Below are positions 9,882-24,329 of a DNA stretch of 64,000 nucleotides, piece after piece. The first letter of the stretch is position 1, and the number at the start of each line of letters is the position of its first letter. Source of the stretch: Verrucomicrobiales bacterium (lineage in GTDB: Bacteria; Verrucomicrobiota; Verrucomicrobiia; Verrucomicrobiales; V1-33); NCBI GenBank assembly GCA_031411295.1, contig JANOAV010000048.1, positions 18,609 through 82,608 of the forward strand, given 5' to 3'. Both the position numbers and the translations under genes were made by a program. The notes below the pieces were generated by a model that worked only from the letters and a program-made list of their open reading frames with translations, was not told where the DNA came from and ran no database searches.

Positions 9882-9910
9882 TTGACATCATGATGTCATA
9901 TTCAAATACT
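9882..9910 (+). promoter_or_regulatory. sigma70-like promoter overlapped by a 16-bp perfect palindrome (probable MarR operator)
   Basis: TTGACA (9882-9887), 17-bp spacer, AATACT (9905-9910). Palindrome TGACATCATGATGTCA at 9883..9898 lies between the divergent marR and esterase genes. Confidence 0.7.
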
Positions 9911-9927
9911 CGTAGCGTTCAACCTAA

Positions 9928-11502
<1,575 letters not shown>

Positions 11503-11504
11503 AC

Positions 11505-11605
11505 ATGGCAAGGGAATGGGGGCAAAGGAATGCTTGAAAAGCTTTATTGAGCCAGACCAATTTTTCTTTCTCCTCATTATTCCCTTGCCCCCATTCCCTT
11601 GCCAT
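11505..11605. repeat. Long hairpin element, left copy (27-bp inverted arms)
   Basis: ATGGCAAGGGAATGGGGGCAAAGGAAT (11505-11531) and ATTCCCTTGCCCCCATTCCCTTGCCAT (11579-11605), 1 mismatch. Confidence 0.9.
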
Positions 11606-11620
11606 CCTCCTCACCCGCCC

Positions 11621-12422
11621 ATGCCCATCCATCGCACGCTTAACCTCCGCACCGTCACTGACGACGAGTTCGAGATCATTGATGCTGCCGTGATGCGCTG
11701 CGCATATGAAGTGCAGAACGAGTTTGGGCGACTTTTTGATGAGCGGGTCTATGAGAATGCGCTTGCGGCCAAACTGCGTGAGGAAGGCTTCGAGGTTCAT
11801 GCTCAGGTGCCCGTCAAATTGAGCCACGGTAGTTTTGCGAAAACTTATTTTCTCGACCTTGTCGTGAACGACATGATTTACGAACTGAAAGTTGTTCACG
11901 AACTCGCAGCGGAGCACGAGGCGCAGGCGTTGCACTACGCCATGCTGCAAAATGTCCGTCATGCCAAGCTTCTCAACTTTGGCGGGCCCAGAGTGCAGGG
12001 GAAAGTAAAGTATAACGTGATTGCCGAGGCTACACGCTATCAACCCATGCTTCGCAAATCTGGCTGGCAGATCAGAACGCCGCAATGCGAGAAACTGATA
12101 AACTACTTCCGAGCACTGCTCGCTGATTGGGGGACGCACTTGTCCAGCCAATCATACAATGAAGCGCTGGTTCATCACTGCGGAGGAGAGGAACATTGCC
12201 TCGCTCGCGTTGAACTGAGTGCTGGTGCGCTCAAGCTCGGGAGCCATCTGGTGCAATTGCATGCACCGAACCATGCTTTCGCGCTCACCTGCCTGACGAC
12301 CAACCAAGATGCTTATCAACAGCACTTGGAAACCCTCCTCAAACATGCTCCGCTCGAAGCCATTCAGTGGATTAACCTCAATCACTCCCGAGTTGAAATC
12401 ACAACTCTTAACCAAAGCAGAA

Positions 12423-12451
<29 letters not shown>
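11621..12451 (+). CDS. GxxExxY protein (PD-(D/E)XK nuclease-like), long form
   Basis: AYEVQNEFGRLFDERVYENAL, DLVVNDMIYELK, HEAQALHY..LLNFGG; ATG at 11621. Confidence 0.85.
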
Positions 12452-15009
<2,558 letters not shown>

Positions 15010-15163
15010 AGCATTAGATGGAAGGATTCCTCGGCAGTGAGGAGCAGGATAAGGGGCTCGTGCGTGCCAACGGCGTAGTCCACAATATGTTTGACGGATT
15101 TGCAATGGATCGCTAAAACCCGACGCACGATACTCACAAACCTCTGTCACTCGTAATCCATCC

Positions 15164-16132
15164 ATGAAACTCAACCTTACCGCCCTGCTCACTTGCCTCT
15201 TTGGGCTCCTGACCATTTTCCAAAACTCGGCTCCGGGCGCAGAGGACCGTAAAACGAAGAGTCGTGGCACCATAGGCGTTTCCCTGCTGACGCTCGACAA
15301 TCCGTTTTTCAAGGTGATTGGCGATAACATCACGGCGGAAGCGAAGAAGGCCGGGTATGAAACGGTGGTCGTGAGTGGCGACAAGGACGGAGCCAAGCAG
15401 GGGAATCAGGTGAAAGATTTCATTGTCAAAAAAGTCAGCGCCATCGTGCTCAGTCCTTGCGACTCGAAGGCGATTATCCCGGTGATTCAGGAAGCAAACG
15501 CCGCGGGGATTCCAGTCTTCACGGTGGATATTCCCTGCAATGAGCCCGGCGTGAAAATTGTCACCCAAGTGGCGACGGATAATTACGGTGGCGGCAAGGA
15601 AGCTGGCAAGGCCATGATCGAAGCCCTAGGCGAGGCGGGTGGCAAGATTGCGGTGCTGCACTTGAAACAGGCGGAATCCTGCATCCTGCGCGTCAAAGGT
15701 TTCACAGAGGTGATCAATGAGCACAACGCCACCGGCAAAGCCAAAATTGAGATCGTAACCGAACTGGAATGCGGTGGGGCCAAAGACGGCGGCTACAAGG
15801 CTGCGGAAGACGGGGTGCAGGCCCATGGGGATCTGCGCGGCATCTTTGCGATCAATGATCCGGCGGCTTTGGGCGCGCGGGCGGCTTTGGAGAAGGCGGG
15901 GAAGGCGGAGCAAATTGTGATCGTGGGTTTCGACGGTCAACCGGAAGGGAAACAGGCGATCAAGGATGGAAAAATTTATGCGGATCCAATTCAGTTTCCC
16001 GAGAAGTTAGGAACGATGGTGGCACAAGCGATTGTGCGTTACTCCAAGGGCGAGACGTTGCCGCCACAGATGCTGATCCCGACCAGCTTGTATCGCAAAG
16101 CGGATGGATTGAAGGATCCCGAATTGAAATAA
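15164..16132 (+). CDS. Sugar ABC transporter substrate-binding protein (RbsB-like)
   Basis: LDNPFF, TDNYGGG, FAINDPAALGA, VGFDG. Confidence 0.9.
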   Translation: MKLNLTALLTCLFGLLTIFQNSAPGAEDRKTKSRGTIGVSLLTLDNPFFKVIGDNITAEAKKAGYETVVVSGDKDGAKQGNQVKDFIVKKVSAIVLSPCDSKAIIPVIQEANAAGIPVFTVDIPCNEPGVKIVTQVATDNYGGGKEAGKAMIEALGEAGGKIAVLHLKQAESCILRVKGFTEVINEHNATGKAKIEIVTELECGGAKDGGYKAAEDGVQAHGDLRGIFAINDPAALGARAALEKAGKAEQIVIVGFDGQPEGKQAIKDGKIYADPIQFPEKLGTMVAQAIVRYSKGETLPPQMLIPTSLYRKADGLKDPELK

Positions 16133-16139
16133 CGCTGAC

Positions 16140-17630
16140 GTGCCTGCTGCCGCTTTGTTGCTGAACATGCGGGGAATCGTGAAGACGTTTCCCGGTGTGA
16201 AAGCGTTGCAGGGAGTGGATCTGAGGCTCCATCAAGGTGAGGTGCTGGCTCTGTTAGGTGAAAATGGCGCGGGCAAAAGCACGCTGATGCGCGTGCTGGG
16301 TGGCGCGCATGAATGCGACGACGGAGTGATTGAAATTGATGGTCACACGGTGCGATTGCGCACGCCGCAGGATTCGCGGCAAGCCGGGGTGGCGGTCATT
16401 TATCAGGAGTTCAACTTGGTGCCCGGGCTCAACGCAGTGGAGAATATTTTTCTGGGCAAAGAGATCACACAGGGTGGATTCATCGCGCAAAAACAGGAAC
16501 GGAAACTGGCGACGGAATTGTTCGAACGGCTTGGGATCACCATGGATTTGGAGCTGCCTTGTCGGCTGCTCACTACGGCTCAGCAGCAGTTAGTGGAAAT
16601 CGCCAAAGCGCTGGCATTCGATGCGCGGATCATCGTGATGGATGAACCCAGCGCAGCTCTAACATCGAACGAAGTGGAGCGGCTTTTCCTGATCATTCGC
16701 GATCTGCAAAGCCGCGGGATGGGGATCATTTACATCAGTCATCGGTTGGATGAAATTTCCCTGATAGCTGACCGTGTCTCCATCTTGCGTGATGGACAGA
16801 ATGTGGGCGAACGTCCCATCGGTGAGATTACCAAGCAGGAAATGATCGAAATGATGGTGGGACGCGAGTTGAAGGATGAGTTTCCCGTCCGGCAGCGTAA
16901 TCCAGGGCCCGTGCGTTTGGAGGTTAAGCATCTCAGCCGAGGTCGGGCGGTGCAGGAGGTTTCGTTCAGCGTGCGAGGCGGGGAAATCCTGGCGCTGGCG
17001 GGCTTTGTGGGGGCGGGACGCACGGAAACGGTGCGGCTGATTTTTGGCGCAGAGCCGCGGGAATCGGGCGAAATTTATCTGGATGGAAAGTTGCTGCGGA
17101 ATTGCTCTCCGCAGGAGGCGATTGCGGCGGGGATTGGCTTGCTGACGGAGGATCGGAAGTCGCAAGGGTTGGTGTTGGCGCATGCGGTGCGGGAGAATTT
17201 TGCGTTGCCGAATTTGGAGCGGCTTTCGAGCACTGGCTTTGTGCGACAGCGGGCAGAGCGCGCGGAGTTCGGCAAGTTTGTTGATTTACTGAAGATCAAG
17301 ATTCCGCATCAGGAACAGCGCGCAGGCAACCTGTCGGGCGGCAATCAACAGAAGGTGGTGCTGGCCAAATGGTTGGCGCGCCATTGTGAGGTGCTGATTT
17401 TCGACGAACCCACGCGAGGCATTGATGCGGGAGCGAAGTATGAAATTTACCTGCTGATGAATGAGTTGGCGGCACAGGGGAAATGCATCATCATGATCAG
17501 TTCGGAATTGCCCGAAGTATTGGGGATGGCGGATCGCGTGCTGGTGATGCATGAAGGCCGGGTGACGGGCGAAATCGCGGATGCCAGCACCGCCACGCAA
17601 GAACAGATTATGCAGCTCGCTGTCGCTTAA
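16140..17630 (+). CDS. Sugar ABC transporter ATP-binding protein (RbsA-like)
   Basis: GENGAGKST, MDEP, LSGGNQQKVV, FDEPTRGID. Confidence 0.95.
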   Translation: MPAAALLLNMRGIVKTFPGVKALQGVDLRLHQGEVLALLGENGAGKSTLMRVLGGAHECDDGVIEIDGHTVRLRTPQDSRQAGVAVIYQEFNLVPGLNAVENIFLGKEITQGGFIAQKQERKLATELFERLGITMDLELPCRLLTTAQQQLVEIAKALAFDARIIVMDEPSAALTSNEVERLFLIIRDLQSRGMGIIYISHRLDEISLIADRVSILRDGQNVGERPIGEITKQEMIEMMVGRELKDEFPVRQRNPGPVRLEVKHLSRGRAVQEVSFSVRGGEILALAGFVGAGRTETVRLIFGAEPRESGEIYLDGKLLRNCSPQEAIAAGIGLLTEDRKSQGLVLAHAVRENFALPNLERLSSTGFVRQRAERAEFGKFVDLLKIKIPHQEQRAGNLSGGNQQKVVLAKWLARHCEVLIFDEPTRGIDAGAKYEIYLLMNELAAQGKCIIMISSELPEVLGMADRVLVMHEGRVTGEIADASTATQEQIMQLAVA

Positions 17631-17633
17631 AAG

Positions 17634-18956
17634 ATGAAACCAATCTTCCAAAAATTTCTCACTGACTACGGCATGATTTTCGTGCTGCTGTTACTCTGCG
17701 TTTTCTTCAGCGTGGTGACTTACAGCGAGCAATCTCCCACTGGCGAGACCGGAGCGGAACAGGTCTCGGAGGAAATCCTGCGTTCGTTTAAGCCGGGCGC
17801 ACAGGTGCTGATTGTAGCGACGGACCAGAAGGATGACGTGGTGTTTGCCGACAAACTGGAGCAGGAGTTGACGAGCCACGGCATGAAAGTGGCAGGGCTG
17901 GTCAAGGGGGAGCCCAAAGACGCTCGGGAGGCTCTGCTGAAGCTGGCGGCGGGCGGTGGGAAACTAGCGGCTATTGCCTGCACTCAGGTTTCCGGGGATT
18001 GGTTGGTGTTCAGTGATCTGGCGGCGGATTTTCCCACCTTGGGCGAGCCACCGTTGCAGCTGCCGAAGAGTTATCGGTGGCCTAATTTCCTGAAAATGAA
18101 CAACCTGTTAAACGTCGCCAATCAGATTGCGGTGATTGCGATTCTGGCCATCGGTATGACGCTGGTGATCATTACGGGCGGCATCGATTTGTCCGTCGGA
18201 AGCCTGATCGCGCTGTCGTCGGTGGTGGCGACACGGTTGATTCGGGATTATGCCGGCGGCCTGCAAGCATCGATGGGTGGAATGCTGGGTGCGGCGGCGG
18301 TGGCCATCGTGATCTGTGGAATGGTCGGCGGGTTCTCGGGCTTCATGATCACGCGGTTTCGTATTCCGCCATTTATTGTCACCCTGGCGATGATGTTAGT
18401 TACGAGCGGACTGGCTTACACGCTGGCGAACAATCAGTCGATCTACCAACTGCCGGATTCGTTCGTCTGGTTGGGGCGCGGAGCGGATTGGTTTGGGCTG
18501 CCCAATGCGGTGGTTCTGATGCTGGGCCTCTATGCGCTGGCCCACGTGCTGATGTCCCGCATGAAACTGGGCCGTTACGTTTATGCCGTGGGCGGCAACA
18601 GTGAGGCGGCCCGCCTCTCCGGCGTGCCCGTGCGTCGGGTGCTGATGTTTGCCTATGTGGCTTGCGGGCTGCTGGCGGGCCTGGGTGGGGTGATCATGGC
18701 TTCGTTGTTGAAGAGTGGCTCCGGGACGTATGGGAACATGTATGAGCTGTATGTCATCGCAGCGGTGGTCGTCGGTGGGACCAGCCTGAGTGGCGGGGAA
18801 GGCAAGATGCTGGGCACGCTGATCGGGGCGTTCACCATAGCCGTGATTCAGAACGGCATGAACTTAACCAATGTGGAAAGTAACATGCAGAAAATTGTCC
18901 TGGGCCTGGTGATTCTGGGCGCGGTGTTGCTGGACAAGCTGCGGCATGCCAAATAA
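17634..18956 (+). CDS. Sugar ABC transporter permease (RbsC-like) with an inserted soluble domain
   Basis: GGIDLSVGS, IPPFIVTL, GGNSEAARLSG, IAAVVVGGTSLSGG. Confidence 0.9.
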   Translation: MKPIFQKFLTDYGMIFVLLLLCVFFSVVTYSEQSPTGETGAEQVSEEILRSFKPGAQVLIVATDQKDDVVFADKLEQELTSHGMKVAGLVKGEPKDAREALLKLAAGGGKLAAIACTQVSGDWLVFSDLAADFPTLGEPPLQLPKSYRWPNFLKMNNLLNVANQIAVIAILAIGMTLVIITGGIDLSVGSLIALSSVVATRLIRDYAGGLQASMGGMLGAAAVAIVICGMVGGFSGFMITRFRIPPFIVTLAMMLVTSGLAYTLANNQSIYQLPDSFVWLGRGADWFGLPNAVVLMLGLYALAHVLMSRMKLGRYVYAVGGNSEAARLSGVPVRRVLMFAYVACGLLAGLGGVIMASLLKSGSGTYGNMYELYVIAAVVVGGTSLSGGEGKMLGTLIGAFTIAVIQNGMNLTNVESNMQKIVLGLVILGAVLLDKLRHAK

Positions 18957-19084
18957 ACTGCGGCCGATCCATGCGATCGGCAAATTAATCCTTCGCCAAA
19001 CAAGTGATGTTGCAGCATATTGGTAGCAGCAGAGCATCGACTCTGAGGCTCGTTTACTTAGAAAACTAAATCCATCATTAGATC

Positions 19085-19543
19085 ATGAAACCCTCTCGCC
19101 ATCTCACCAGAATTCTCTCCTGCCTGACGTCCGCCTGCGCCTTAGGCGGGCTCCGCGCAGAACCGACGGAAAAAGGTTTCCGTTTCCCAGCAGGGGAAGC
19201 CGAAGCAGGTCGGGAGGCGTTTATTAAGCTCAACTGCATTCAGTGCCACGGGGTCTCCAAGACGGATCTTCCCGCCGTGAACGGCACGAAGTTACTGCAA
19301 ATTAAGCTTGGCAGTAAATTGATCGGAGCCAAGAAATATGAGGACATCGTTTTTGCCATTACCAATCCGAAGCATTTCCTGACGGAGCGCTACAAGGAGC
19401 TGTTGTCGAAAGCCGAGTTGCAAGGCAGCATTGAGCCACTGATGCCGGATCTGACCAAGGACATGAGCGCCAAGCAGTTGATGGACATCGTGACATTTTT
19501 GGATTCCGTTTACCGCAAGGAGCAGCCGGAATACGGCAAGTAA
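19085..19543 (+). CDS. Periplasmic monoheme c-type cytochrome
   Basis: Signal peptide, CIQCH, distal MP. Confidence 0.8.
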   Translation: MKPSRHLTRILSCLTSACALGGLRAEPTEKGFRFPAGEAEAGREAFIKLNCIQCHGVSKTDLPAVNGTKLLQIKLGSKLIGAKKYEDIVFAITNPKHFLTERYKELLSKAELQGSIEPLMPDLTKDMSAKQLMDIVTFLDSVYRKEQPEYGK

Positions 19544-19546
19544 GGG

Positions 19547-20683
19547 CTAGAGCCGACCGTAGAAGCCACCATGAATTTCAGCATCCGCCCTGACCACCGC
19601 GGGGGAAACAGGGCAAAGCTGGCGCGCGGTGCGCAGGCGTTCGGCGGCCTCTAATTTCCAGCCTTGGCGGAAATCCGAGATTGCCAGGTAGGCGATTGCG
19701 AAGGCCTTCCATTCATCTGCGTCTGCATGGCGCTCCAGCGGATACAGTAAGGTGCGGCCTTCCATGTGGTGGCCAAGCTCAATGTGAATGGCCCCGACCA
19801 TGGCGCAGAGCATGGAGCTGGGTTGCGCTTGCTCAAGCTCATCGGTCGTGCTGGCGAGCGCAGCCTCTGAGAGGGAGGGTTCTTTCGGGTGCTCCAAGGC
19901 GGCGGTTAGTAACTGGACGCGCCAGACCGTGCGTTCCCGGGTCGTAAGCGCGGGGAGTGCCAACGCTTGCTGAATAATGTGAAGGACGTCCGCCGTGCGT
20001 TTGGCTAGGGTCGCACGGAAGTAACCAACATACAGGGCCTCAGCCTCGGGAGTAAATTCCTGGGGGGTGCCGTCCTTGGTCCCAGTTGGATCCGTTGGAT
20101 TCTGGCGGAGCAACTCTTCGTAAGTGCTGCATTTGGGAAAGGACTTCGACCGGAGGGTGAGGAGCATTTGGAGCCCATCATTGTTGGGATTTCCCCCCGT
20201 TCCCTGAACCGGCCAGACATTGTAGATCACGGATAGGGCCGATAAAACACAAGTGATGGCCATCACCTGCGCCAGCACTTGATGCAAGGCTGCTCCATCC
20301 ATGCCTTGAGCGTCGAACCAACGGTAGCCAAAAAAGGCAGCCACCCCACAAAGCGCGGAGAAGAGTGGCCCACCGAAGCTCAAGAGGAACCGCTCCAATT
20401 TGGATTCCGTGCCGCTGAGTTTCAGGGCGACAATATATCCTGAAACGGGCCACAGGTGGAATTCCCAGAGGCTGGACACTGTCTCCCGTCGCCACCAAAG
20501 TTTGCCTTCGCCCACGCTAAAGGCCACGGGCTGGTAGCCACAGAGCTTTGCCATCAGCCAATGGCCGAATTCGTGCAGCATGATTTCGATCCACAAAAGG
20601 AGCACGATACATCCAACTCCGAAAATGCTCCACCCGGGATCATCGAGGAAAAGGCTGTTGGCAGAGTTGAATTTGGCTAACAC
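19547..20683 (-). CDS. Site-2 protease (M50 family) with helical/TPR-like C-terminus
   Basis: HEFGH zinc motif, GGP, NVWP..NDG. Confidence 0.8.
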   Translation of the reverse strand: MLAKFNSANSLFLDDPGWSIFGVGCIVLLLWIEIMLHEFGHWLMAKLCGYQPVAFSVGEGKLWWRRETVSSLWEFHLWPVSGYIVALKLSGTESKLERFLLSFGGPLFSALCGVAAFFGYRWFDAQGMDGAALHQVLAQVMAITCVLSALSVIYNVWPVQGTGGNPNNDGLQMLLTLRSKSFPKCSTYEELLRQNPTDPTGTKDGTPQEFTPEAEALYVGYFRATLAKRTADVLHIIQQALALPALTTRERTVWRVQLLTAALEHPKEPSLSEAALASTTDELEQAQPSSMLCAMVGAIHIELGHHMEGRTLLYPLERHADADEWKAFAIAYLAISDFRQGWKLEAAERLRTARQLCPVSPAVVRADAEIHGGFYGRL

Positions 20684-20781
20684 AGTGGAACTATGCCAAT
20701 GCTCTCGGGATGTGCCAGTGGAATTTCTTGATGGCTGTTTTTGTGGTTGAGGTGGGCGGCCAGCTGAATGAGGCTGCCGGC

Positions 20782-21750
20782 ATGGCAGCCAAGGTAAAAA
20801 CCGTCACCCAGCTTAGTGTGGGCAAATTCTTCAAGGATCGTGGAAAAGTGCTTCACCTCACTTTACTGGGATCGGATCGTGGACTGGATCGGAACATCAT
20901 GGAACCGTCCGTGAATCGCCCCGGGTTGGCGCTGGGAGGGTTCTTCAATTATTTTCCGTATAAACGGCTGCAGGTGCTGGGAAACTCGGAGATTAGCTAC
21001 CTGCAAAGTTTACCGGATGATCAGGCCGCCAAAGCGTTCAATCGAATGTGCGAGTGGGAAATCCCCTGTCTGGTGATCTCCCGAGGTCAGACCCTGCCGC
21101 GGCCGTTGATCCAACTGGCGGATGCGGCGGGGATTTCTGTGTTCAAGACGACCATGAATACCATGAAATTTATTAACATGGCCACCCTCTGGCTGGAGTG
21201 GGATTTCGCGCCCTCCACCCAAGAACACGGCTGCATGGTGGATCTCCAGGGGATTGGGGTCTTCATTCGTGGAGAGAGTGGGACCGGGAAGAGTGAAACG
21301 GTCCTGGGCTTGCTGGAACGGGGTTGCGCTTTGGTGGCGGACGATTCCGTGCATTTCCGCGCCCCGGAAGGTCGTGAATTAATCGGAACTTCCAAGGAAC
21401 TGGGGCGCTACCATATGGAAGTCCGCGGGATTGGCCTGGTCAATGTGCCGCTGATGTTCGGTGTCGGCAGTATGCGGGTGGAGAAGCGACTGGACTTGGT
21501 GGTGACGCTGGAGCGCGTGGCCTATGAAGACTTGGGCAATATGGAGCGGGTGGGGGCGCAGCAGGAGTTCTACACCATTTTAGGCGTCAAAGTCCCCCAC
21601 GTCCGCCTGCCGGTAGCCGCCGGCCGGGACATGGCCCGGTTGGTGGAGGTAGCCGCGTTGGATCAAAAATTAAGAGGATTCGGCGTGAATGTCGCTGATG
21701 AATTCAGTCAAAAACTACTTAATTTCATGAATCATCACTCCAGCGAATAA
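20782..21750 (+). CDS. hprK: HPr(Ser) kinase/phosphorylase
   Basis: NRPGLALGG, GESGTGKSE, LVADD, HMEVRGIG. Confidence 0.95.
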   Translation: MAAKVKTVTQLSVGKFFKDRGKVLHLTLLGSDRGLDRNIMEPSVNRPGLALGGFFNYFPYKRLQVLGNSEISYLQSLPDDQAAKAFNRMCEWEIPCLVISRGQTLPRPLIQLADAAGISVFKTTMNTMKFINMATLWLEWDFAPSTQEHGCMVDLQGIGVFIRGESGTGKSETVLGLLERGCALVADDSVHFRAPEGRELIGTSKELGRYHMEVRGIGLVNVPLMFGVGSMRVEKRLDLVVTLERVAYEDLGNMERVGAQQEFYTILGVKVPHVRLPVAAGRDMARLVEVAALDQKLRGFGVNVADEFSQKLLNFMNHHSSE

Positions 21751-21861
21751 TCCCTGAGGCAGTAACCAAATCTGCAAATGCTGCCAAATCGACCAAATCG
21801 ACTCTCGGATTCAGTTGCAGATTGACCTGCTGAACGCATTTGGTTATTTGCTAATAGCATT

Positions 21862-22500
21862 ATGAAATTCCCATTTTTCTCCCTCATTGGTGCGCTGGCA
21901 GGGCTTGGATGGATCGGCACTTCCCATGGTGCTGTGCTCAGCAACGAAATTTTACTCAGCGGCAGAGGAGGGGGCACCCTAGCTGGTGGACCCTACGCTA
22001 ACGACTGCAGCCTTGGGGGGAGGTTGACGGCAGGAGCCTTTGCCAGTCAGGGAATATTCGAACTTTACAGCACCACCACCAATGCCTGCATCGATCTGAA
22101 AGCTGGCGGGGGATCACTGGGCGTCGCCCATAGCTGGTTTTTGATCAGCCCGGGAGCAGAGATTTCCCCAGCGACGGTAGCCTCGTTTCCTAATTTGCTA
22201 GGCACCGGCACGACGGTGAGTGCGAGTTTGGACACGGTCTTCTACCTCGGGGTGTGGACGGATACCACCAGTGCCAATGGCATGTTGCCCGGACCTTCGG
22301 TGGGGGATCATTTCGGTTGGGCGCAAGTAGTCAACGAGAGCACCGGTTTGCGCCTCATCAGCCAGGCGAGCGAGACCACGGGGGCAGGGATTTATGCGGC
22401 CACGCTGACGGTGGTGCCAGAGCCAGCAAACCTCGGCTTGCTCTGCGGGGGGCTTTTGGTGCTATCGCGCGCCCATCGCAGGGGCCGCAAAACCAGGTAA
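21862..22500 (+). CDS. PEP-CTERM sorting domain protein
   Basis: Signal peptide; C-terminal VPEP, TM helix and basic tail (RRGRKTR). Confidence 0.85.
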   Translation: MKFPFFSLIGALAGLGWIGTSHGAVLSNEILLSGRGGGTLAGGPYANDCSLGGRLTAGAFASQGIFELYSTTTNACIDLKAGGGSLGVAHSWFLISPGAEISPATVASFPNLLGTGTTVSASLDTVFYLGVWTDTTSANGMLPGPSVGDHFGWAQVVNESTGLRLISQASETTGAGIYAATLTVVPEPANLGLLCGGLLVLSRAHRRGRKTR

Positions 22501-22625
22501 GCCAAGTCCGCCGCCCGGAGAATTAATCTTGCCCATTGGCAAACCAATGGTTGACCAGTGGGCGGCATTGGCTATTTCATGCGGAACGGATCTTTTCCCC
22601 CCGCCTCAGCCCCCCATATCCCATC

Positions 22626-22895
22626 ATGACACAGGAATTCACCATCCCGAACAAACTCGGTCTGCACGCCAGGCCTGCGGCCATGTTCGTGAAGTTGAGT
22701 GGTTCCTTCAAAGCGGAGATCTGGGTCGAAAAAGATGACGAACAAGTCAACGGCAAGAGCATTATGGGACTCATGATGTTGGCGGCCGGCTTCGGAGCCA
22801 AAATCACCGTTACCACCGAAGGAGAGCAAGCGGCCGAGGCCATGGAGGCTATCGCAGGTCTGATCAACAGTGGGTTCAAGGAAGGCGTGGTCTAG
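22626..22895 (+). CDS. ptsH: Phosphocarrier protein HPr
   Basis: GLHARPA and NGKSIMGLMMLAA. Confidence 0.95.
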   Translation: MTQEFTIPNKLGLHARPAAMFVKLSGSFKAEIWVEKDDEQVNGKSIMGLMMLAAGFGAKITVTTEGEQAAEAMEAIAGLINSGFKEGVV

Positions 22896-22900
22896 TCCGG

Positions 22901-23431
22901 CTAATGGACTTCCGTCCCTTCGAAGGAGATTTTGGTGGTGGCAACGTTCAACAACGGACCCAGCTCGTAAACGTTGGTATAGCCGTAGGTTGCCAACGCA
23001 ACATAGGTGGAAATATTGAGTGACGCGGCTGCACATTTGGCCGTAAAGGCCACTGGGCTGCCTTCGAAGTTGTTATTACAATAGATCAAGACTCGGGTGT
23101 CCTTGTCCGGAATCGCTTTGGCGAGTGATTCCGCGGTGAAATCCGTAAAAGGCAGGCTGATGGCTCCGGTGATGTGCCGCAGGGCATATTTATCCGCACT
23201 CCGGGCGTCCAGTATTACTACGTCCCCGGTTCCCACCTGGGCAGCTTGCTTGAGGAATTCGGCTTCGGTTAAGCGACACTGCTGGCGAATGGGCTCAACT
23301 TTTCGGGCGATTTCGAGATACTTGGGGTAGTCGATCAACCGATTGGGAATGGTTGGCTTCGGCTCACCCGCAGGGAGGTTGAGAGGGAGCACCGTGGAGA
23401 GCGTGAACAGGATGGTAGGCAGTATTTTCAT
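22901..23431 (-). CDS. Secreted rhodanese-like domain protein
   Basis: ILDARS..Y...HITGAISLPF, LIYCNNNF, YGYTNVYEL. Confidence 0.85.
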   Translation of the reverse strand: MKILPTILFTLSTVLPLNLPAGEPKPTIPNRLIDYPKYLEIARKVEPIRQQCRLTEAEFLKQAAQVGTGDVVILDARSADKYALRHITGAISLPFTDFTAESLAKAIPDKDTRVLIYCNNNFEGSPVAFTAKCAAASLNISTYVALATYGYTNVYELGPLLNVATTKISFEGTEVH

Positions 23432-23579
23432 AGGCAGCAAATTACATCGGCCGGATCACTTTGTGTCAGGCAGAGGTAAAAGGATTGTCAAAAGATTGTC
23501 AGGGCGCGAGCTGCGCAATTCCCGACCGGCACATGGAGTGCTCCTTGATTTTACCCAAACAGAGGGGAAAAGGATACCG

Positions 23580-24326
23580 ATGAAATCTCCCTCCCTGGCG
23601 ACGTTACGTGTGCTGCTTCCCTTGATCTTGCTGGGCGGTCTGGGAGTATTTTTGTGGAGGCAGGATCATCGCTCGCAAACGTCGTCGGACACGTTGGAAA
23701 CTGCGATCGACGAATCTGGAAGAGTAACCACGGAGGACTTTGCAGCCGCGCCCGTCGGCGGGCTTCCGACGGGTTGGGAGGCTCCGCGGGGGACGTTTCA
23801 AGTGGCGAAGGGAGTTTTTGGTCAGGTGTTGGAGTTCAGCCCCGAACCCATGGTGGAAGGCCGGGTCGTGGTGCCTGGAGTTCTCAAGGGCGGCGGCACG
23901 GTAAGGGCACGGTTTCAGGGGGAACGGGCAAAACGCACCTTCCCACGTTTCGGGGTGGGCTTGGGGCAGGAGGCGGCCTTCAAGCTGCAAGCACTGCCAG
24001 GAGAAAGTCAGCTTCGGCTGGTGCAAGCAGAGCAAATTATCGTCAACGCACAACCGATTGAGGAAGATCGCGTGTTGGCCAGCGTGCCTTGGACTTGGCA
24101 GCCTGAAGCTTGGTGTTGGGTGGAGCTTTCCGTCAGGGCGAGTGGAAATAGTAGTGTTTGGGAAGGACGAGCCTGGGCCGAGGGGGCTTCGCGTCCGACC
24201 GAGGCCATGCTGAATGCCACCACCGAGGCCCCGCCAAAACTCATTCGTGCCACCCTGCACGTTGCTCCTTACGCGTTGAAACCAATCTATATTAATCGGG
24301 TGGAAACCGTCCGCAGCGCGCGTTAA
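23580..24326 (+). CDS. Membrane-anchored beta-sandwich hypothetical protein
   Basis: N-terminal TM helix; beta-rich body with Trp motifs (WTWQPEAWCWVEL, GRAWAEG). Confidence 0.6.
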   Translation: MKSPSLATLRVLLPLILLGGLGVFLWRQDHRSQTSSDTLETAIDESGRVTTEDFAAAPVGGLPTGWEAPRGTFQVAKGVFGQVLEFSPEPMVEGRVVVPGVLKGGGTVRARFQGERAKRTFPRFGVGLGQEAAFKLQALPGESQLRLVQAEQIIVNAQPIEEDRVLASVPWTWQPEAWCWVELSVRASGNSSVWEGRAWAEGASRPTEAMLNATTEAPPKLIRATLHVAPYALKPIYINRVETVRSAR

Positions 24327-24329
24327 AAG

